Of a stretch of 23,778 nt of DNA, positions 22,921 to 23,778 are shown piece by piece. The stretch's first letter is position 1. Each line of letters starts with the position of its first letter. The stretch spans positions 3,478,129-3,501,906 of the forward strand of contig NC_057756.1 in NCBI RefSeq assembly GCF_004010195.1, given 5' to 3'. Source of the DNA: Chiloscyllium plagiosum. Lineage: Eukaryota. A program made the position numbers and the translations under genes. Under the pieces are notes generated by a model. The model was not told the DNA's origin and made no database searches. It saw only the letters and a list, made by a program, of their open reading frames with translations.

Positions 22921-23778
22921 AAATAAACAGACAGAAGAGTTCTGGAAGTGAGAGTGAATGACATGATTCGGTTAAACAGACATGAGTCCAGCACACATAA
23001 TCAGGGGAGTTTGTATTTATGATTAGAGAATCAGCACGCGAAATAAACGAGTGTTTAGTGTCTGATTTAAATGAAAAAGGTACAATAAATAGCCAAACAA
23101 TCACAATTTATTGGTTAACAATGACGAGGTTTTAAGACTCTCAGCATTATTCATAATCGAATATTAAGAGTATTAACTTAACTTGGAGATGCAAGCTAAT
23201 AAATCCTTCCGACCTATTGATTAAAATTCCAGGTCGTCAATCAGCTGTCCCTAAAGCTGACAAATCAGTGACTACCTTCCAAAAATCTACGGTACAAACA
23301 GTATTTTTATACATGAACTGTAATGCTGTAATGAGCACAGTGTGTAAAAAAATCTATTTACCTTTGCAAAGACACTTGTAAAATGCTAAACTCTTTATAA
23401 TTCTATATGCTATAATGTATAATGGTAGAACTGTACATGTGGACAGTAATGGATCAGTGGGCATAGCCAGCATAAATATTTCGAATGGGAATTATGTTTG
23501 TCGAGCTTGTCCATTTTGTTTCAATCAAAATTATAAAACAAATGAAGTTACATAGCTGAGGGTATGTAAATGTTCAAAAGCTGTTTCTGGACCTGCTTCT
23601 TGAACTACATCCCGTTGAATAGAAGGCAACATACCGCCTTGTTCTAATGAATGGATGAAAAACATAAAATATAATACATAAATAAGTTTGATATTATACT
23701 ATTCTGTGACGTTTTGGTTGTCAAAGGAAGGAGTACTTGTGCCCCAGCTGTTTCCACTATGAATGAATGATTTGGGTG

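Larger units (their letters stand above)
21870..23778 (+). mobile_element. Ancient CR1-type LINE remnant homologous to 920-2400, carrying younger nested insertions
   Basis: Shared blocks with the left copy, e.g. aatggcagtaatt.tgtggattaggag and tgtttagtgtctgattt. Confidence 0.6.

Overview
AT-rich, non-genic vertebrate DNA, most likely from a cartilaginous fish (HE1-like tRNA-derived SINEs, many CR1-type LINE fragments, Penelope-related pieces). No intact host gene is supported. The spacers between the transposon insertions appear to be the remains of an ancient, heavily decayed endogenous arenavirus-like genome. They include a near full-length L polymerase gene on the minus strand (~20470 to ~9844, about 6.9 kb after removing insertions), with endonuclease, G, H, F and A-E motifs in the correct order. 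A convergent Z-like RING ORF lies at ~9530-9800 (+). S-segment pieces are also present: a GP2 C-terminus (-, 3790-4430), a hairpin at 3647-3699, a possible NP C-terminus (+, ~3205-3645) and an NP-like N-terminus (21144-21824, partly inverted). All viral assignments come from by-eye translation across stops and frameshifts, compared with remembered arenavirus motifs, and need HMM/tBLASTn confirmation.
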